Origin: Eledone cirrhosa | Taxonomy: Eukaryota | DNA length: 64,000 nt | NCBI GenBank assembly: GCA_964016885.1 | Contig: CAXHJY010001240.1 | Location: 1 to 64,000 of the forward strand | Direction: 5' to 3' | Part shown: piece by piece, positions 14,170 to 28,680 of the stretch | Layout of the letters: the number at the start of each line of letters is the position of its first letter | Position numbering within the stretch: the stretch's first letter is position 1 | Notes under the pieces: model-generated | Database searches by the model: none | Told to the model about the DNA's origin: nothing | The model's input: the letters and a program-made list of their open reading frames with translations, nothing else | Position numbers and translations under genes: made by a program

Positions 14170-14369
14170 TTAACCCTTTAGAATTTACATTATTCTATAT
14201 ATACTACTATATTTTCCCGGTAAAGGCTTTACATAATATCTCACCTATGAGATCTTGATATTATTTATTTTGAGAACAATACCTTAACATCAGAATGAGC
14301 AGCCAGTTTGTACAGAAAGATGTGAGGGAATTCTGGCCGGATATGGCTGGTTTAAATGGTAAAGGGTTA
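14170..14369. mobile_element. piggyBac-type MITE
   Basis: TTAACCCTTTAG...TAAAGGGTTA ends. The same family occurs at about 12596-12763, 21080-21305, 27829-28051, 28694-28922, 34481-34698 and 50444-50672. Confidence 0.7.
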
Positions 14370-14675
14370 TGTAACAGAATTTACTATTTTTCCTTGTTAT
14401 TTAATACCCAAATTTGACTATTAAATCTGTCTTGTATGGTCAGTGAACAGAAATGTTTCTGGTAGGCTTCTCTGCCTTGCATACCCACTTGATTATTTTT
14501 CTATACAGTGTATTTAAGTAGAAATATTTCCCCAAAAAAACAATACAAAAAAAAAACCCTCCTCCAAAACATTGCATGTATTTATTAAAGCTAGTTCCTC
14601 AAAGTTAGTCTACTTACTAAATAAATACATAATCATTGTAATGATTGCTTTTCTTTTTATATTCATCACTTTCAG

Positions 14676-14790
14676 CTGGCAAGCGAACCAAAAAAATAAA
14701 AAAGCGTGAAAAAGAATTGATTAAAAATAAGATTGAGGTTGTCAACCTGCGCAATAATATTGTGGAAGTAATTGAGGAAAACAGACTTAG
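14676..14790 (+). CDS. bMERB-domain protein exon (GKRTKKIKKREKELIKNKIEVVNLRNNIVEVIEENRL)
   Basis: TTTCAG acceptor, AG|GTAAAA donor. Fits the bMERB third helix (RE..L....V..RN.IV..EE.RL). Confidence 0.9.
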
Positions 14791-15305
14791 GTAAAATAGA
14801 ATTTTGTTCTTTTCAAATACTCAATTCTCTATCTTTAACCATTTCATTATCACATTTCTAATAATCACATTTGAATAATTTTGAAAATAATAAAGAATTT
14901 GGAAGGATTTAGTAATATAATTAACTTCCTCGTTATTAAGCTGGTGTTTGAAACATAACTTAAAAGTTCTTATGTAAAATTATTACAAAAGGTGTTTAAA
15001 TAAATATAAACAATTAAAAATTTTAAAACAGTTTTGTATCACACAAACAGGTAGTTTCAGGCAGTTTGATTGAATAAATGTTAATAAAATTTAGTAACAC
15101 AGCAGGAAGTATATGTAGTTCTGTTAATATTAAAATCCAAATTGTGATTCATTTGGTTGTTAGATTTTCATGCTTTTTACTGAAATTATAACCACCAAAC
15201 TATATTAGAAAAATACTAAATGTATTTTTGTATAGAATTCATATTAGTTGAATATTTATGTGGATTATTTGTTTGAATAATTGATTTATTAATTTTGATT
15301 AAAAT

Positions 15306-15514
15306 AATGATTTCTACTATAGGCACAAGGCCAGTAATTTGGGAGAGTGGGGAAAGTCGATTAAATCGACCCCAGTACATTACTGGTGCTTTATTTTATC
15401 GATGAAAGGCAAAGTTAACCTTGGCGGGATTTGAACTCAGAGCGTAAAGGGCCATAACTCTATGCTACAAAGCATGGTGTCTGACGCTCTACCATTACTG
15501 CCAATCCACCGCCC
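15306..15514 (-). mobile_element. tRNA-derived SINE with a Meta/MESC-like core (GCCTTTCATC...GTCGATAAAATAAAG)
   Basis: Head AGGGCGGTGGATTGGCAG, B-box GAGTTCAAATCC, tail GTAGAAA..ATTATT. Further copies at about 5890-6060, 27243-27416, 33775-33932, 37395-37583, 37749-37936, 49786-50160 (two), 51527-51955 (two) and 62447-63073 (three). Confidence 0.85.
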
Positions 15515-16334
15515 TAATTTTGATTAAAATAGTAAAAAGTATAAGAATACTTATTTTAGAATCATAGAGTTCAAGATTTGTTAAGAAGCCAAAATGATTG
15601 AACCTTAGTGTGTATTAACAAATAACCCATTACTTACTGTATATAACTACCATAAGTAGATTAGAGATTTATGTGTTTGTGTAACTGCCTTTAAGGCACA
15701 AATAACTTGGAATTCACATGCTTCATAAAAATCCATTGATATTAAAATTTTAATGTAATAAATTTTATTTCATCCAAAAGAATTTTTTGATTAGTACATA
15801 TTAAATTTATTTTGTGGCAACGTTAGAAGATTATTTTTTTAAATTTAGCTGTAATGCAAAAGGAAACACTTAAAAAGAAACGAAAAAAAAAAGCTGTTAG
15901 ATAACTGCATTTTATTAATAGGCTATCTCCAGCAGGATATTAACTTATAAAATCTTATGTAAAATGATTAATATTTAATTTTTATTCTGCTAAAGTAGTA
16001 ATCAACTATATCTCAGCATAACTTACGGGTTTTAAAATGTGATCACTTGCTTAATTCTTCAATTGTGGGTAATATACGTGCTTAATTTTTAACATCCAAC
16101 AATCCTTTAAGAGAAAATATCTAAAAACATGTTAGGTTTGTTAACTGAAATATATATATATTGCCTATACTAATGGAAAAATCATTGTGAAAATTTGCAA
16201 TTTTTAATATGATACAATCAGTGCTGTTTTATACATTTTCAAAAATGTCTTGCTGATGTAGTTTCATGTGGTACAAGATGTTAAGAATTAAGGATAAAAT
16301 GTTGTTGATTAGAAGGCAATGAGATGATGAAGTT

Positions 16335-17114
16335 TAATCTAAATATCAGTTGCATCCAAAAAAACTGCGGCCATCATCTTCCCTCAGATGAAATGATGTT
16401 GGCCTTCTTTGGAGCAGGTGAGAAGAGTGTTTCCACTGCATAGATTGTCTCTTTGTCTCTGGCTCAAAGTGATGAACCCAACACTCATCCTGGATTAGGA
16501 AACCAGCTGGATCTGCCTCAAACAATGTCAAATTTTCCTGTGATATGATCAGCCTGGTGCTCTTTTGATCAGGTGTCAGAAGACATGGCACCCACTGAGC
16601 GTTGCCATGCCAAATTCATTGTGCATAATATTCTCAACTCTCTCACATGATATGCTAATAGCATTGGCTATTTGATTTATAGTCAATCGCCTGTCATTCA
16701 TCACCATGTGGTGAATACAATCAATGTTTTCCTCGGTGGTGAAAGTTGCAGAACTTTGAGTCATCTTCAAGACTCCCTTCTCCTGCTAAATTTAGCTGCC
16801 CAATTTTGCACTATTTATAAAGCTGAAGTGTCATCCCCTAATGTAGCAACCATGTCAGCATGAATGTCTTAGGGGGACTAAACCTTTTTCCTGCAGCTAC
16901 TTGATAACATTATGATGTCAAATTTTGTCCATTTTCAAGAGAAGTTGCTACTAGTTACTTTTGAAGTCATCTTTAGACAATCAGATGTCAGTTTACCTGG
17001 AAAGAAACAATGCAGTTATTAATAAGAAGAGTTGAAATTAATGCATGCAAGATTTCACAGCTCTAGCGTCACTCCTTCTTTGTCAACCTATGAACTTTTT
17101 AGTCCACCGTCGTA
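16335..17114 (-). mobile_element. Degraded mariner (Mos1/Hsmar-like) transposon, with a second fragment at about 17290-17450
   Basis: DRRLTINQIANAISISCERVENIMHNE and DECWVHHFEPETKRQSMQWKH. TIR-like TACGACGGTGGACTAAAAAGTTC on the minus strand at about 17114. Confidence 0.85.
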
Positions 17115-18014
17115 GTGTCACTAGGGAAGGTATATGACTTTGCTTTCTACAAATTAGCTGACTGACAGAAAAATTGCAATAATATTTCACCTTTAGGTGT
17201 TTATTATTATTCAGAAGGGCAGTGACATGGCAGCTTAGGCATACTGGGGGATAATATATACCTTGCAGTACTTAGTTGTCTCTTTGTGCACTGTCAGAAG
17301 ACATGACACCCATTGAGCAGAAACCGTCATCATGCCAAGTTCATTGTGCATGTAATTCTCAACTCTCCCACGGGATATGCTAATAGCATTGGTTATTTGA
17401 TTTATAGACAATCGCCTGTCATTCATCAACATATCATGAATATGATCAAGTTAACTTTACTTTTCATCCTTCCAATGTTGATAAATTAAAGTACCATTCA
17501 AGTACTGAAGTTGATTTAATCAACTGTCCCTCCCTCCCCTGTGAAATTTGTGTCCTCGCATCTTTGTTAGAAATCGTTATTAAGCCTTTGATTATCCTAT
17601 TTATATTGTATGGCATAGCCTATCATTTTGAAAATAATCTAGAATTTGGAAGGATTTAGTTATGCAGCTAACTTTGTCAGTATTTTGCTAGTGTGTAGAG
17701 CATAACTTAAGGACAGATCTTACCCAGAATTATGATGGAACATTTTTAGATAAATATAAACATGTTAAAATGAAGTTTTGTAACATGGACCCAAGGATTG
17801 TCTCAGGAGGTTTGGTATCAAAAGGTTAAGCAGAGTATCCAGTTGTAAAAGCACTTTCTCTAACATTGTCAAGTTTTACAAAACCTCATGGAAAAAGGAG
17901 CATAGCAAAAAAATTTTAAAAAGAAGTGATTTTAATTTAAAATAAGTAAAAAATTGTAAACCTGCACAGATATGTCTACTTTTTCTTTCTAAACGGTTCT
18001 TGTTTGTTTCTTAG

Positions 18015-18061
18015 GTATCAAGAAGAAGATCAACATATTTATGATATGCTTTCTAAAAAAG
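18015..18061 (+). CDS. bMERB-domain protein exon (RYQEEDQHIYDMLSKK)
   Basis: TCTTAG acceptor, G|GTAAAA donor. Completes the RLR..EED motif at the end of bMERB. Confidence 0.88.
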
Positions 18062-18269
18062 GTAAAACACTTTTTTTTTTTGCTTTTTCCTTAGTAATAA
18101 TCTATATTATAATGATAGTATAGTATTGTTTTGTCAGTCTGTCATACAAACTGAAGAAAGTTGTTCTACAATTTTTATTTAGAACTAATGAAGTGCAATT
18201 AAAGACAAAAGTGTGTGTGAGTGTGCATTTCCTATTGAAAAAGATATAGATTGGCATGTATATATATAT

Positions 18270-19520
18270 ATTCACCCACAGAATGGTGTCATACCCAATG
18301 ACAGGCATAGCAGCATTGTCAACTGCTATACCAGGAGTTGCACAAGGGCAAAGGCTATGCACTAGACAGAGGAAACTATAGAAGCAACAAGTTGATGGAC
18401 CAGGTCAACTTAATTAACCTAGATGAGATACAGATCGGATCTGTGCTAGGTAAAAGTACCCTTCCTTGTGAGGCAACTGCAGAAGTACCTAGCTAAAAGT
18501 AAACCCTTCTGCTTAGCATTTGACAAAGTTCCTCATTTCATAATCTAGTGGGCTCTTAGGAAACAAGAAGTAGCTTGTGAGGACAGTACAAGCCATGTAC
18601 AGAGGAGCAGTCAGCAATGATTATAGTAAGGAATTTAGAGTACAAGTAGGGGTCCGTCAGGGCTCTGTTTTAGCCCTCTCATCTATGGTAGAATTAAAAG
18701 ACATTCCAGACCTGGAAGCAAAAGATCTTAAAGTCAATTTGGCAAAGACTAAAGTCGTCTTAAGAAAAAAGGAAAACAGGGCCCTAATCCCTTCAGAGAA
18801 ATGGCTTTGCTCAGTGTGGGTAGAAATTCCATCCTATGTCCCAACTGCAAACCATGGGTACACAAGAGATGTAGTGGGATCTCAGGCAGGCTAACAAAGA
18901 ACATGTTTTATACGTGGTCCATAAGCATCAGAACTCACAGGAAACAAGCTCTATTAAATTCTTAGTGGACGGCATAGAAGTAGTTGATAGCTTCTGTTAC
19001 CTGGGTGACCAAATTAGTAGTGGAGGTGGATGTTCTAAAAGTACAGTAGTCAGAGTGAGAATGGGATGGAAAAAATACAGGTAGCTACTAACACTGCTTG
19101 CTACAAAAGGGTTTTCCTTCAAAATGAAATTGTTTAATGCTTGTGTGTGAACAGCAATGCTGCATGAGACCTAGGCACTGTGCGCAGAGGACCTACGAAG
19201 ATTGGAAAGAGATGAAGCTTACATGCTGTCATGCATGTGTAATAGTAGTGTGTATGAACAGCAAAGAGTCAATGAACTGAAAGAGAAAGTATAAGAAGGG
19301 TCTGATGCAGTGTGCAAGAGAGGAGATTGCGTTTGTATGGGCTTGTGATGCATATGGAGATGACACCTGTGTAAAAAGGTGCAGGGCACTCAAAGTTGAT
19401 AGAAAGTATGGAAGGGGAAGACTTAGGAAAGCTTGGGATGAAATGATAAAAGCTGACCTTGCACATTTTAACCTCTCAAAGCAGATGACACAGGATTGAG
19501 ATCTCTGGTGTTATGTTGTA
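18270..19520 (+). mobile_element. Degraded RTE LINE (RT to 3' end)
   Basis: VQAMY...FRVQVGVRQGSVL, LKVNLAKTKV, GRGRLRKAWDEMIKADL. An antisense fragment of the same family lies at about 20440-21050. Confidence 0.8.
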
Positions 19521-20189
19521 CTGCAGAAGACCTGCCTAGTTCTGTGCACAGGATGAAACACATGCTCCAATCTTCTGTCTACTCTCCCCATTCACTCATC
19601 CCAATCTTAATACCTTTCCAACCAGCTAAATATCCCACTGACCTTGTCCATGTCTTACTTCCACATTCCCCCCCAACACTGATACACCTCTTCTATAATC
19701 CACACATACAAATTAGGAAAGCTGGACACACTCTTCATTTGCTCCCCCACAATCCTGCTGCCACAACAATAAAAGCACCCAATTCACCCTGAAAGGTAGT
19801 TATACTGCTGACACAAGAGGCTCTCAGTTCACTCTGTATAGTGGTTGTGTTGGTGACATGAGAAAAAAGCACCCAGTCTATCCTGTATGGTGGTGTGTTG
19901 GTGACACAAGAAAAACAAAGCACCCAGTCCACCCTGTAGGGTGGTAATGCTGGTGACATGGCAAAAAGTGCCCAGTCCACTCTGTAAGGTGGTCATGCTG
20001 GTGACACAATGAAAAAGCATCCAGTCCACACTGTAGCATAGTTGGCATTAGGAAGAGCATCTAGTCAGACAAACCAAGCTAAAATAAAAATCTGCATGAG
20101 CAAGATGAGGTCACCTATCCTGATTTGTTTATTAATGTGACAATCCGTCTAACTCATGCAAGTATGGAAAAATAGATGTTAAACTGATG

Positions 20190-20234
<45 letters not shown>

Positions 20235-21398
20235 CTGTATTCCAATTGTATAAAAGTTGTATATGTCTGCTGGTGTTAGAAAAAAATAATACATGTTATA
20301 AAACAGTTAGTTGAAAAAGATACTGATAAATATATCCTATTTAAAAGCTATACATACAAACAGACAGATGTATGTATGTATGTTGTTCAACATCATTATT
20401 ATCATCATCCTTTTACATTTGTTGTTCCATGCTTGCATGGGTTGGATATGTCTTTTTCAGCACCTCTCTCCATTCGTCATGTTCCTTCGTCATCTTTGTG
20501 AATTGAGATCAGCTCTCACCACCTCCACCCAGGTATTCCTTGGTTTTTCCTGACATCTTCACCCAGCAATTATTATCCATTATCATCATATGTCCATACC
20601 AGCACACTATTATCTGGTTCCTCTTATACCCAGTTTCACTCTCAGTTCATCCATTCTTTGTTATTCACGCACGCCAGCGAAGTATGCTTGCTTCATTTCT
20701 CTCCAACCTTTGCATAATCCTCTATGTTCACTACCCATGTCTCACTACCACGCAGCATCGCACTTTGCACACAGGTAGCACACAGCTGACCTTTTGTTCG
20801 TAGGGAGAAACCATTTGTTGTCATCAGAGATGGTAGCTCCCTAAACTTCTTCCCTGCTATCCTTATTCAAGCGACTAAGCTCTTGGAGCACTCTTCTCCA
20901 CTGCTAATTAGATCACCTAGATAACAGAAGCTATCAATCACATCTTTAGATGCTTCCTGGGATTGGAAAATGTTTATATCACTGGCAGTCTAACTATCAA
21001 TTGTCCCTGAATATCTACTACATATAAAATTTTCCGTCCCTGTTGTTTTTCAATAATATCACAGGATAAAAATTTTGTATTTAAACCGGCTGTATCCGGC
21101 CAGAATTCTCTCCCCTCTTTCTATTCAAACCGACTGTAACTGGCCGCTCATACCAACGCTAAGGTATTGTTCTCAAAATAAATAAAATCAAAATGTTATA
21201 GATTTGATATTATGTGAGGTAAAACATTTTACTGCGAAAATATAACAGTTTCTACTGCGAAAATACAACAGTATATACAAAGTAATGCAAATGCTAAAGG
21301 TTTAATCTTTAAGAAACAGATAGAAGAGGAAGAAGTGGGCTTGTTTTTGTTTTGTTTTTTATCATTGCATGTGTGTAACTGAGAGTTTCAGAGTGTGC

Positions 21399-21448
<50 letters not shown>

Positions 21449-22063
21449 TGTGTGTAGACACACATAATACAAGGTTGATAATAGTTACAGGACATAAAAA
21501 ATAGAACTCACAAAGATAACTTTCTTAACCCTTTCAATACCATATTTCTTATGAAAGACACTATGATTTTCAAATAATTTTGAAAATTATTGAGAATTTG
21601 AAGGGATTTAGTAAATATAAATAACTTTCATTGGTATTCAAAACAGACCTTAACAAAGGTTCTTACATAAAATTATGATGGAAGGGTTTTCAATAAATAT
21701 AAACACTTTAAAACAAACAGTTTTATATCATATGAGCTGAAGCAGTTTGAAATCAAACAGATTAAAGCTTGGTGATGGAACCTAATATTATTTATCACAT
21801 CTGTAAAAGAACAGATTATGTACTAGTGTAGAATCATATTTATATTCACATGTGTTTTTGTGTATGTGTAAATATTACTATATTACTAGAACAGCAATTG
21901 TATTGGTTGCTTGTTATGCAATTAATTTTTGTTTATCCGTTTTCCTGATAGATAACAAGTTCCATTCCTACTTCCAATATAGTTGAAGGATTTAGTTAGT
22001 GGGTTTACCACCTTAACATGTATAAAACTGAATATATATATTTCTTTTTTCTTTTGATTTCAG

Positions 22064-22083
22064 GTCTGGTAGATGTTGATTGA
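22064..22083 (+). CDS. Probable terminal coding exon of the bMERB gene (GLVDVD-stop)
   Basis: Strong polypyrimidine tract with TTTCAG acceptor, phase 1 matching the previous exon, TGA at 22081-22083, followed by AT-rich UTR-like sequence. Confidence 0.65.
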
Positions 22084-25000
22084 GTACATTTTTGTAGTGT
22101 GTAGCACAGCACACCTTCTTAACATGTTTATCTGACTCACCAGCTTGCCATATGCATAATGTTATGCACATTATTTCTTAAGCACATTCCCATCTTTTGC
22201 ACTATTTACAAATATCATTTTTTTTTTTAGTGTCACAAGGAAGAAATTTTTTTTTTAATTTTGGAAAATTATTCATTTGTCTTGCCAGAAAGTGAAAAGA
22301 TTAAAATATTACAAAAATACAATTAATTTTTTATATGTCTAATGGCAGGTAATGTCAGTTTGAATTAAAATGTTGATATATTTTTAATACTGTTTTATCA
22401 ACATATACATTTTGTATGAGTGAATGTAATGCATTTATTTATAAATTTTTAAATTTTGAGTGACAGAAAATTTTATTAGAATAATTTGATATAATTTAGA
22501 AACCTGCAAGTGCCACCTTTTTATAAAAATTAAACATTATATCTTACTTAAGAGATCATGATTTATTTTTATATTGCTTATCTAAATTATAAATGCTGGT
22601 TGAAGTTGTCTGATTTCTGTAATCTAAATTATATAATATTGCTTTGTGTATGTTACTTCAGATTTGAGTCTGTATCTGTTACCTAAACACAAATATCAGT
22701 ACTTGCCATGAATTAAAATTATTTTGTATTGATTTGTTTTTATAATTGCTCGTGAATTTTGGAAGCATCTTTTTAATCCATTTTGGATAACATATTACTG
22801 GTGCTTTTCTTCTTCTCATTAAGCCAGAAGAGGATTTATGCTCAACACTGCAAGCTAAAGAAATAATTGTTGATATATGCTGTTTTTAGGATAGTTAAAA
22901 TGTCGGACAAAATACCTTCCAGTATTTGGTTATAGGCCTTTACATTCTGAATTCAAATCCCACCAAGGTCAACTTTGCTCTTCATCCTTACTGGGTTGAT
23001 AGAGTAAAGTACCAGTCAAGTATTGGGTCGATATAATCGACTTTCCTGTTCCCTCATCCCTCAAATTGCTGACCTTGTGCCTTAATTAGAAACCATTAAT
23101 TATTTTAACATTTTTAAGGTTCAATCAGGAGGAATGGGCAGTGCAGTGCACGTGAGATTCATTCATTTTGTGTTCAAGCTGTAAAGCAACATCTGCCAGA
23201 AAAATGTGGACAGGAAGGGAATCTCAGAAAGTTGACATTCTGATATAGAAGGATTGGGCATTGTAGATAGTGTGGTACACTGGATGATTAATGTGTGTGT
23301 GTGGGGTGTGTAATTTATTGGTGAGTTTAGTCTTTGCCAATCATTCAGATGGCTTTCTTTTGGATGCAGCATTGTCCCAGATTTGGAAGCAATATTCCAT
23401 TGTTGGTTTTATATGAATTCTGTAAAGAGTTAATTGTTGTTCAGACCTGAAGTATTTCTTGATCTTGAACAAAGAACATTTGTGTTTTGGATGTAGTTTT
23501 TGCTATGTTGTGAATGTGAGACAGCCAACTATCTACAACAGTGAACTGTGCTTTTCCAAGCTAGTGGTTTTGCCTGTGATAGATTAAGAACTGTTGTGAT
23601 TTCAGTCAGTAGGCCTGCACCCTAACAATTTAATCAGCCAAAACACCAAATGAAAAATACTGCCTATTTATAATTTTCAAATAATTTTGATAACCAAGAA
23701 TTTTGGAGTGTTTAATAATATAAACTTTCTCTTTGTTAAGCTGCTGTTTGTTGAATAAGTTAACTAAAGTTCCTACATAGAATTATGATGGCAGATTCAT
23801 TTTGAAATATATAGTTTAGTGGTTTTAGATGGTTTGATATTAAAAGAGCTATCTCTTCATCTCACAGCACATAAACATATACCTCTTCTGTTTGTGTGTA
23901 TCAATAATTAGATGGGCACAAAATTTGGGACTTGAATCCAGCCCATCTTAAACATGTTTTTAATTAAATGTAACAAGATTGTACTCATGTCCAGGATTCT
24001 ATTTATATGTTGTTGTTTTTTCCATAGTGAATACTGCTTTAGTAAGTTGTCTTTATTCTGCTTGCTCTAACCAACAATTTAGTACTTTATGTTACAATCA
24101 GCTTTGCCAAAAGTCTAAAGTAATTACGTTTGTATTTTTCTATTCAATTTTTCTAATTCAAACTTTCACTGATGAACTTTGAGAAACATCTAAACATTCA
24201 TCCTCATTCAATTTTATATCACACTGGTAAATTAGACATTCAACATTACCTTCAAGTAATTTGAATACATCGGTTGTTTATATAATCACAAATACATATT
24301 TTTGTGAGACTCCATAAATTATTAGAATAAACATAATTATGTATGAAAATTTAAATTAATATTTTTTTTTTGCTTATGATTTTTCGTTTTTTTTCTTCCG
24401 TTTTTGATTTTGATTATCCATGTGTAGGCATGAGTCGAAATTTTTAATTGGTATGATTTTTCATGTCAGCATTTTGTAATATTTTTCAGTTCTTTTCTCA
24501 TATTAAATTGAAATGGTAAAAAGGACAGGATAAAATTTTAATTATTGCCTTCAGTCCAGTTATTGGTGCTAAATTCTATAATACATTTTTTGTTAACTAT
24601 CATAAAAAGGAAGTTGTACCTCCTTCAACTTTTTATATGAATCTTTAAAAATATATATTATAGTAAAAATAAAATTTTCAAATATTTATATTTATTCTCT
24701 TTGTTCTTTTTTAGCCTTAACCTTTAGCATGCTGAATTTGTTATGAATTGCTTCCCTTGACACTGCATTATGTATTAAGGGGAGATTACTCTATTGGCAA
24801 CATAAGGTGCCTAGAGCGTGCTGAAGGTTAATCAACCATACTGTCATTGTCATTTCAAACACATTGATTTTCTTTTTTTCAGAACATTTTCTGAGGTTTG
24901 ATGTTTTTAGGACTTACAGCAGCAATATTTATTTAAAAGTTAGGCATATCTCATACAATTAATTAAATATCTATTTTTGTGAATCAGTTATTTTTATTTA

Positions 25001-26222
25001 TTTCTGTAAGTAAAATGAAGAAAGTATTTTCAGTTTTATATGATGTAAAATTTAAATGTAGAAAAGAGTTCTTTACATCTTCAAATTCATGTTTCTGGAT
25101 TTATTCTTCATAAAAAATAAATAGTAAAGAAGCAATGGATAAGGTTTGGACATGGCAAGCTGCAGTGAAGACAACCCATCTAGGAGTGTGGTAACTCTGA
25201 GTAAAAAAACTGAAACAAGCTAAAGGATATTCTTTAGTCTTGTTGTAGACAACCTCTCTAGAGCTGGCCTCATGATAAAATATAACCAGCCTATATGGTA
25301 AAGTGGTTGGGGACAGGAAGTGTTAACTGAGTGTATTTTATCTTGTCACCAACACTAAAAAGGTTACCTTGCTGCTTGCACGCTAGAGACTGAATGAATA
25401 TGTGTGTGATGGGGTAAACAGGGATACGATGGTAAGGGAAGGTGTGATAGAGGAGAGAGTGATACCTAGATGGTGGTTGTTGGTAGGAGGTTAAATAGAT
25501 AAGATAATGTGGAACATGAATAGATAGCAATGAGAACAAGTGATAGATAACAGAGATGGGTGGTAGGGAGAGCAGTAAATGTCAACCAAAGACACAGGCG
25601 AAGAGAATGATGGTTAGTGCTAGATAGTAATAGAGACTTTATAAGGTCCAAGCTCTGCCTAGTGGTCAGTCAAGCACTGAATCCATCTAGTCAGTCACTG
25701 ATTAGAACACATTCAATGATATATTATTACACTGGACAATCAGCATAGCAATGTGATGATGAAATCTGTTACGTAACCATATGGTTTCAGGTTTGATCAC
25801 ACTGCATGTTACCTTTGTTAAGTATCTTTTACTGTTGCTTTAGATTGACCAATACCTTTTAGTGAAATTCACTAGACAGAAACTGAGCATTGTGTGTGTG
25901 TAAAGATCTGCCTTCCTGTGAGCATAGGCTGAAGCATACATCTAGTATGCACAACCTTCACCCCCCACCCACACTTCCATACACCACCCCCATCAAAGTC
26001 CCCAACCTGCACTGTAAAGTGGTCGTGATGGCAACACAACAAAAAGCGCCCAGCCCATACGGTCATGTGGTTATGCAGGTGTCATGACAAGAAGCACCCA
26101 GTACACACTGTAAATGTGCCATAGAAACCAAGCCAAAATCAGTTCTGTATGAGCAAGACATGGTCATCTGACCTGGCTTATCTCAGAACGGGACAACTCA
26201 TCTAACCCATGCTGGCATGGAA

Positions 26223-26288
26223 AAATGTATGTTAAACAGTGATGATGATTATATATATATAATCATCATCACTGTTTAACATACATTT
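26223..26288. repeat. Perfect 66-bp palindrome centred on (TA)n
   Basis: AAATGTATGTTAAACAGTGATGATGATTATATA|TATATAATCATCATCACTGTTTAACATACATTT. It mirrors the 3' tail of the preceding element. Confidence 0.9.
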
Positions 26289-28399
26289 ACCCAAACCCAT
26301 GCTAGCGTGGAAGATGGACGTTAAACGCTGATGATGATGTATATATGTGTGTGTGTGTATATATAAATATATATGTGTGTGTGTGCATACATATATATAT
26401 TTATGCCATGCTGCAAAGACTGAGACACTTGTCCGCTGAAGGAAGCCTGTGCACTTGGTCTAGCTTGGGATCCAGCCAGATCAATTGGAGATGATTGCTT
26501 CTGACAGGCCCTGCTGGAAGGTATGTTTGAGGATCTGCCCCCACAACTATCCCAGGAATACGGGGGAGAAGAATGATAATATATATATATATATTATGTG
26601 TGTATGTATTAAGTTGTATCCCCTGACATAAAAAAAACAACTTATCCATTTGACAAATATATATCCCCGTCCAAACCCGTGCAAGCGTGGAAGATGGACG
26701 TTAAACGATGATGATATATATGTACCTGGTGAAAATAAATACTGGTGTCAATACCACCTAAAACCTTTCATGATGGTATGCCAACATAATCAGAGTCCAA
26801 TGACTAAAACCCTTGAAATATTAAAAAATTAAAATCGATATAAGATACTCAGACTGCTACATTAATACCTACAAAAGCAATCACTGCATAAAAGAGGCAA
26901 TTGGATAAGTTTATATGTTGTGGGGATACAAGAATCTTGGTGTATCAATCTAAGTTCCTCAACAGTAAAAGAAAAAGGGGGAAAATGTTACTCTTTACAA
27001 TGAAGGTCTTAGCATGATACATTAGCTATTTTTCATGTCTTCACAGCACCACAGTCCACTCTGTAAAGTGGTGTCATGAAAAACACACGAAGCCCACCCT
27101 GTAAAGTGGTTGGTGTTATGAAATGCATCCAGCAGTTGAAATCATGCCAAATATGGAACAGAATGAGCAAGATTTGTTGCTTCAACTGCTCTGGTTTCAG
27201 ACCATGACAACCTGTTCAACCCAGCATGGAAAGAGGTTCTAAAATAATTGTTTCTACTTTTGGCACAAGGCCAGCAATTACCCAGTACATTACTGGTACT
27301 TTATTTTATCGACCCCGTAAGGATGAAAGGCAAAGTTAACCTCGACGGGATTTGAACTCAGACCATAAAGGGCCGTAACTCTTTGCTGCAAAGCATGGCG
27401 TCAGACCCTCTACCGAATGATGATGATGATTCAAACTTTATTCAATAATTTTTGTCTATGAAGACCACCACCAGTTTCCTAAAATCTGTTTTTTTTCCTC
27501 ATTTACTGCATAATTTGGCGCAGTTTCATCATAGGTCTAAATAATTATTGCATAGCATACCTATAATCCTATTTATGCTAAGGTAGCTCAAATTACTTGT
27601 TTTGAAAAGAACACATTGTAAATCTTAAATAACCAACAAACATAAATTTCAAAATTGCTATTATTTCATTTTGATTAGGAAAAGCAGAAAACATACAACA
27701 ATTCCATTATATATAATAAATATATATTGTGAGAAATACCTGGCAATTTCTGAATGTAATTCTGACTTAACAAAACAATAAAATCCAAACCGTATTTGGA
27801 TTTTCCAGTATCCATAACTTTATATGGCTTTAACATTTACATTGCTCTCTATATATACTATTGTATTTTCATGGTAAACACTTTATTTCACATAATTATA
27901 TCACATAATATCGAATCTATGAGATTTTGATATTATTTATTTTGAGAACACTACCTTAACTTAAGTATAAGCAGCCGGTTATGGCTGTTTTGAACAGAAA
28001 GCGGTGGGAGGATTCTGGCTGGATATGGCCGGTTAAATGCTAAAGGGTTAAACAATATAAAAATTAAATGTAAATTTGGTAAAAATCTTTACATTGTGTT
28101 TGAATAGCTTATGTTAGGAAGGAAAAGTATTTTAGGACAAGTTTTACATTATGTAATCAATGACGATTGAAAAACTATCAAATATAGTATAAATTAAGTA
28201 TTGAAATATACTTCTATCAATTATTTGAATATTTATGGCCCTATGAAACAGAGCTACCAATTATAAATTAAAATCTTCCAACATAATTTTATATAGAAAC
28301 ATGTTTGGCTACAAATACCATCTTAATAATAAAGTAAATTTAACCCTCACCAAGCAGGCTTGGTGGGGTTTCTGGTTTAGTCGCCAACAACCCGACCAT

Positions 28400-28680
28400 G
28401 TGACAGGTTTTACTGGACTACATGTTGCCAGTAGCAATCAAGAGCAACCTTAAACTGTATGGTCATATCAAAAGATCAACGCGTGGAGGTAGTAAGTTAT
28501 GCCTAGAAGGAAAGTTGGCTGGTAAGAGAAGCAGAGGTCGGCAGCCAAAACGATGGCTTGATAATGTAAACTTATGGACTGGACTTGATCTTTGCTCTTT
28601 AAACTCTGCTGTCGGTGATCGAACTTTGCAGAGAAAAATATCTCATGTTGAAGCACAGTCTGCAACTGGCGGAGTTAGCA
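28400..28680 (+). mobile_element. RTE/BovB-like LINE 3' fragment
   Basis: LKLYGHIKR...KLCLEGKLAGKRSRGRQPKRWLDNV. Confidence 0.75.
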
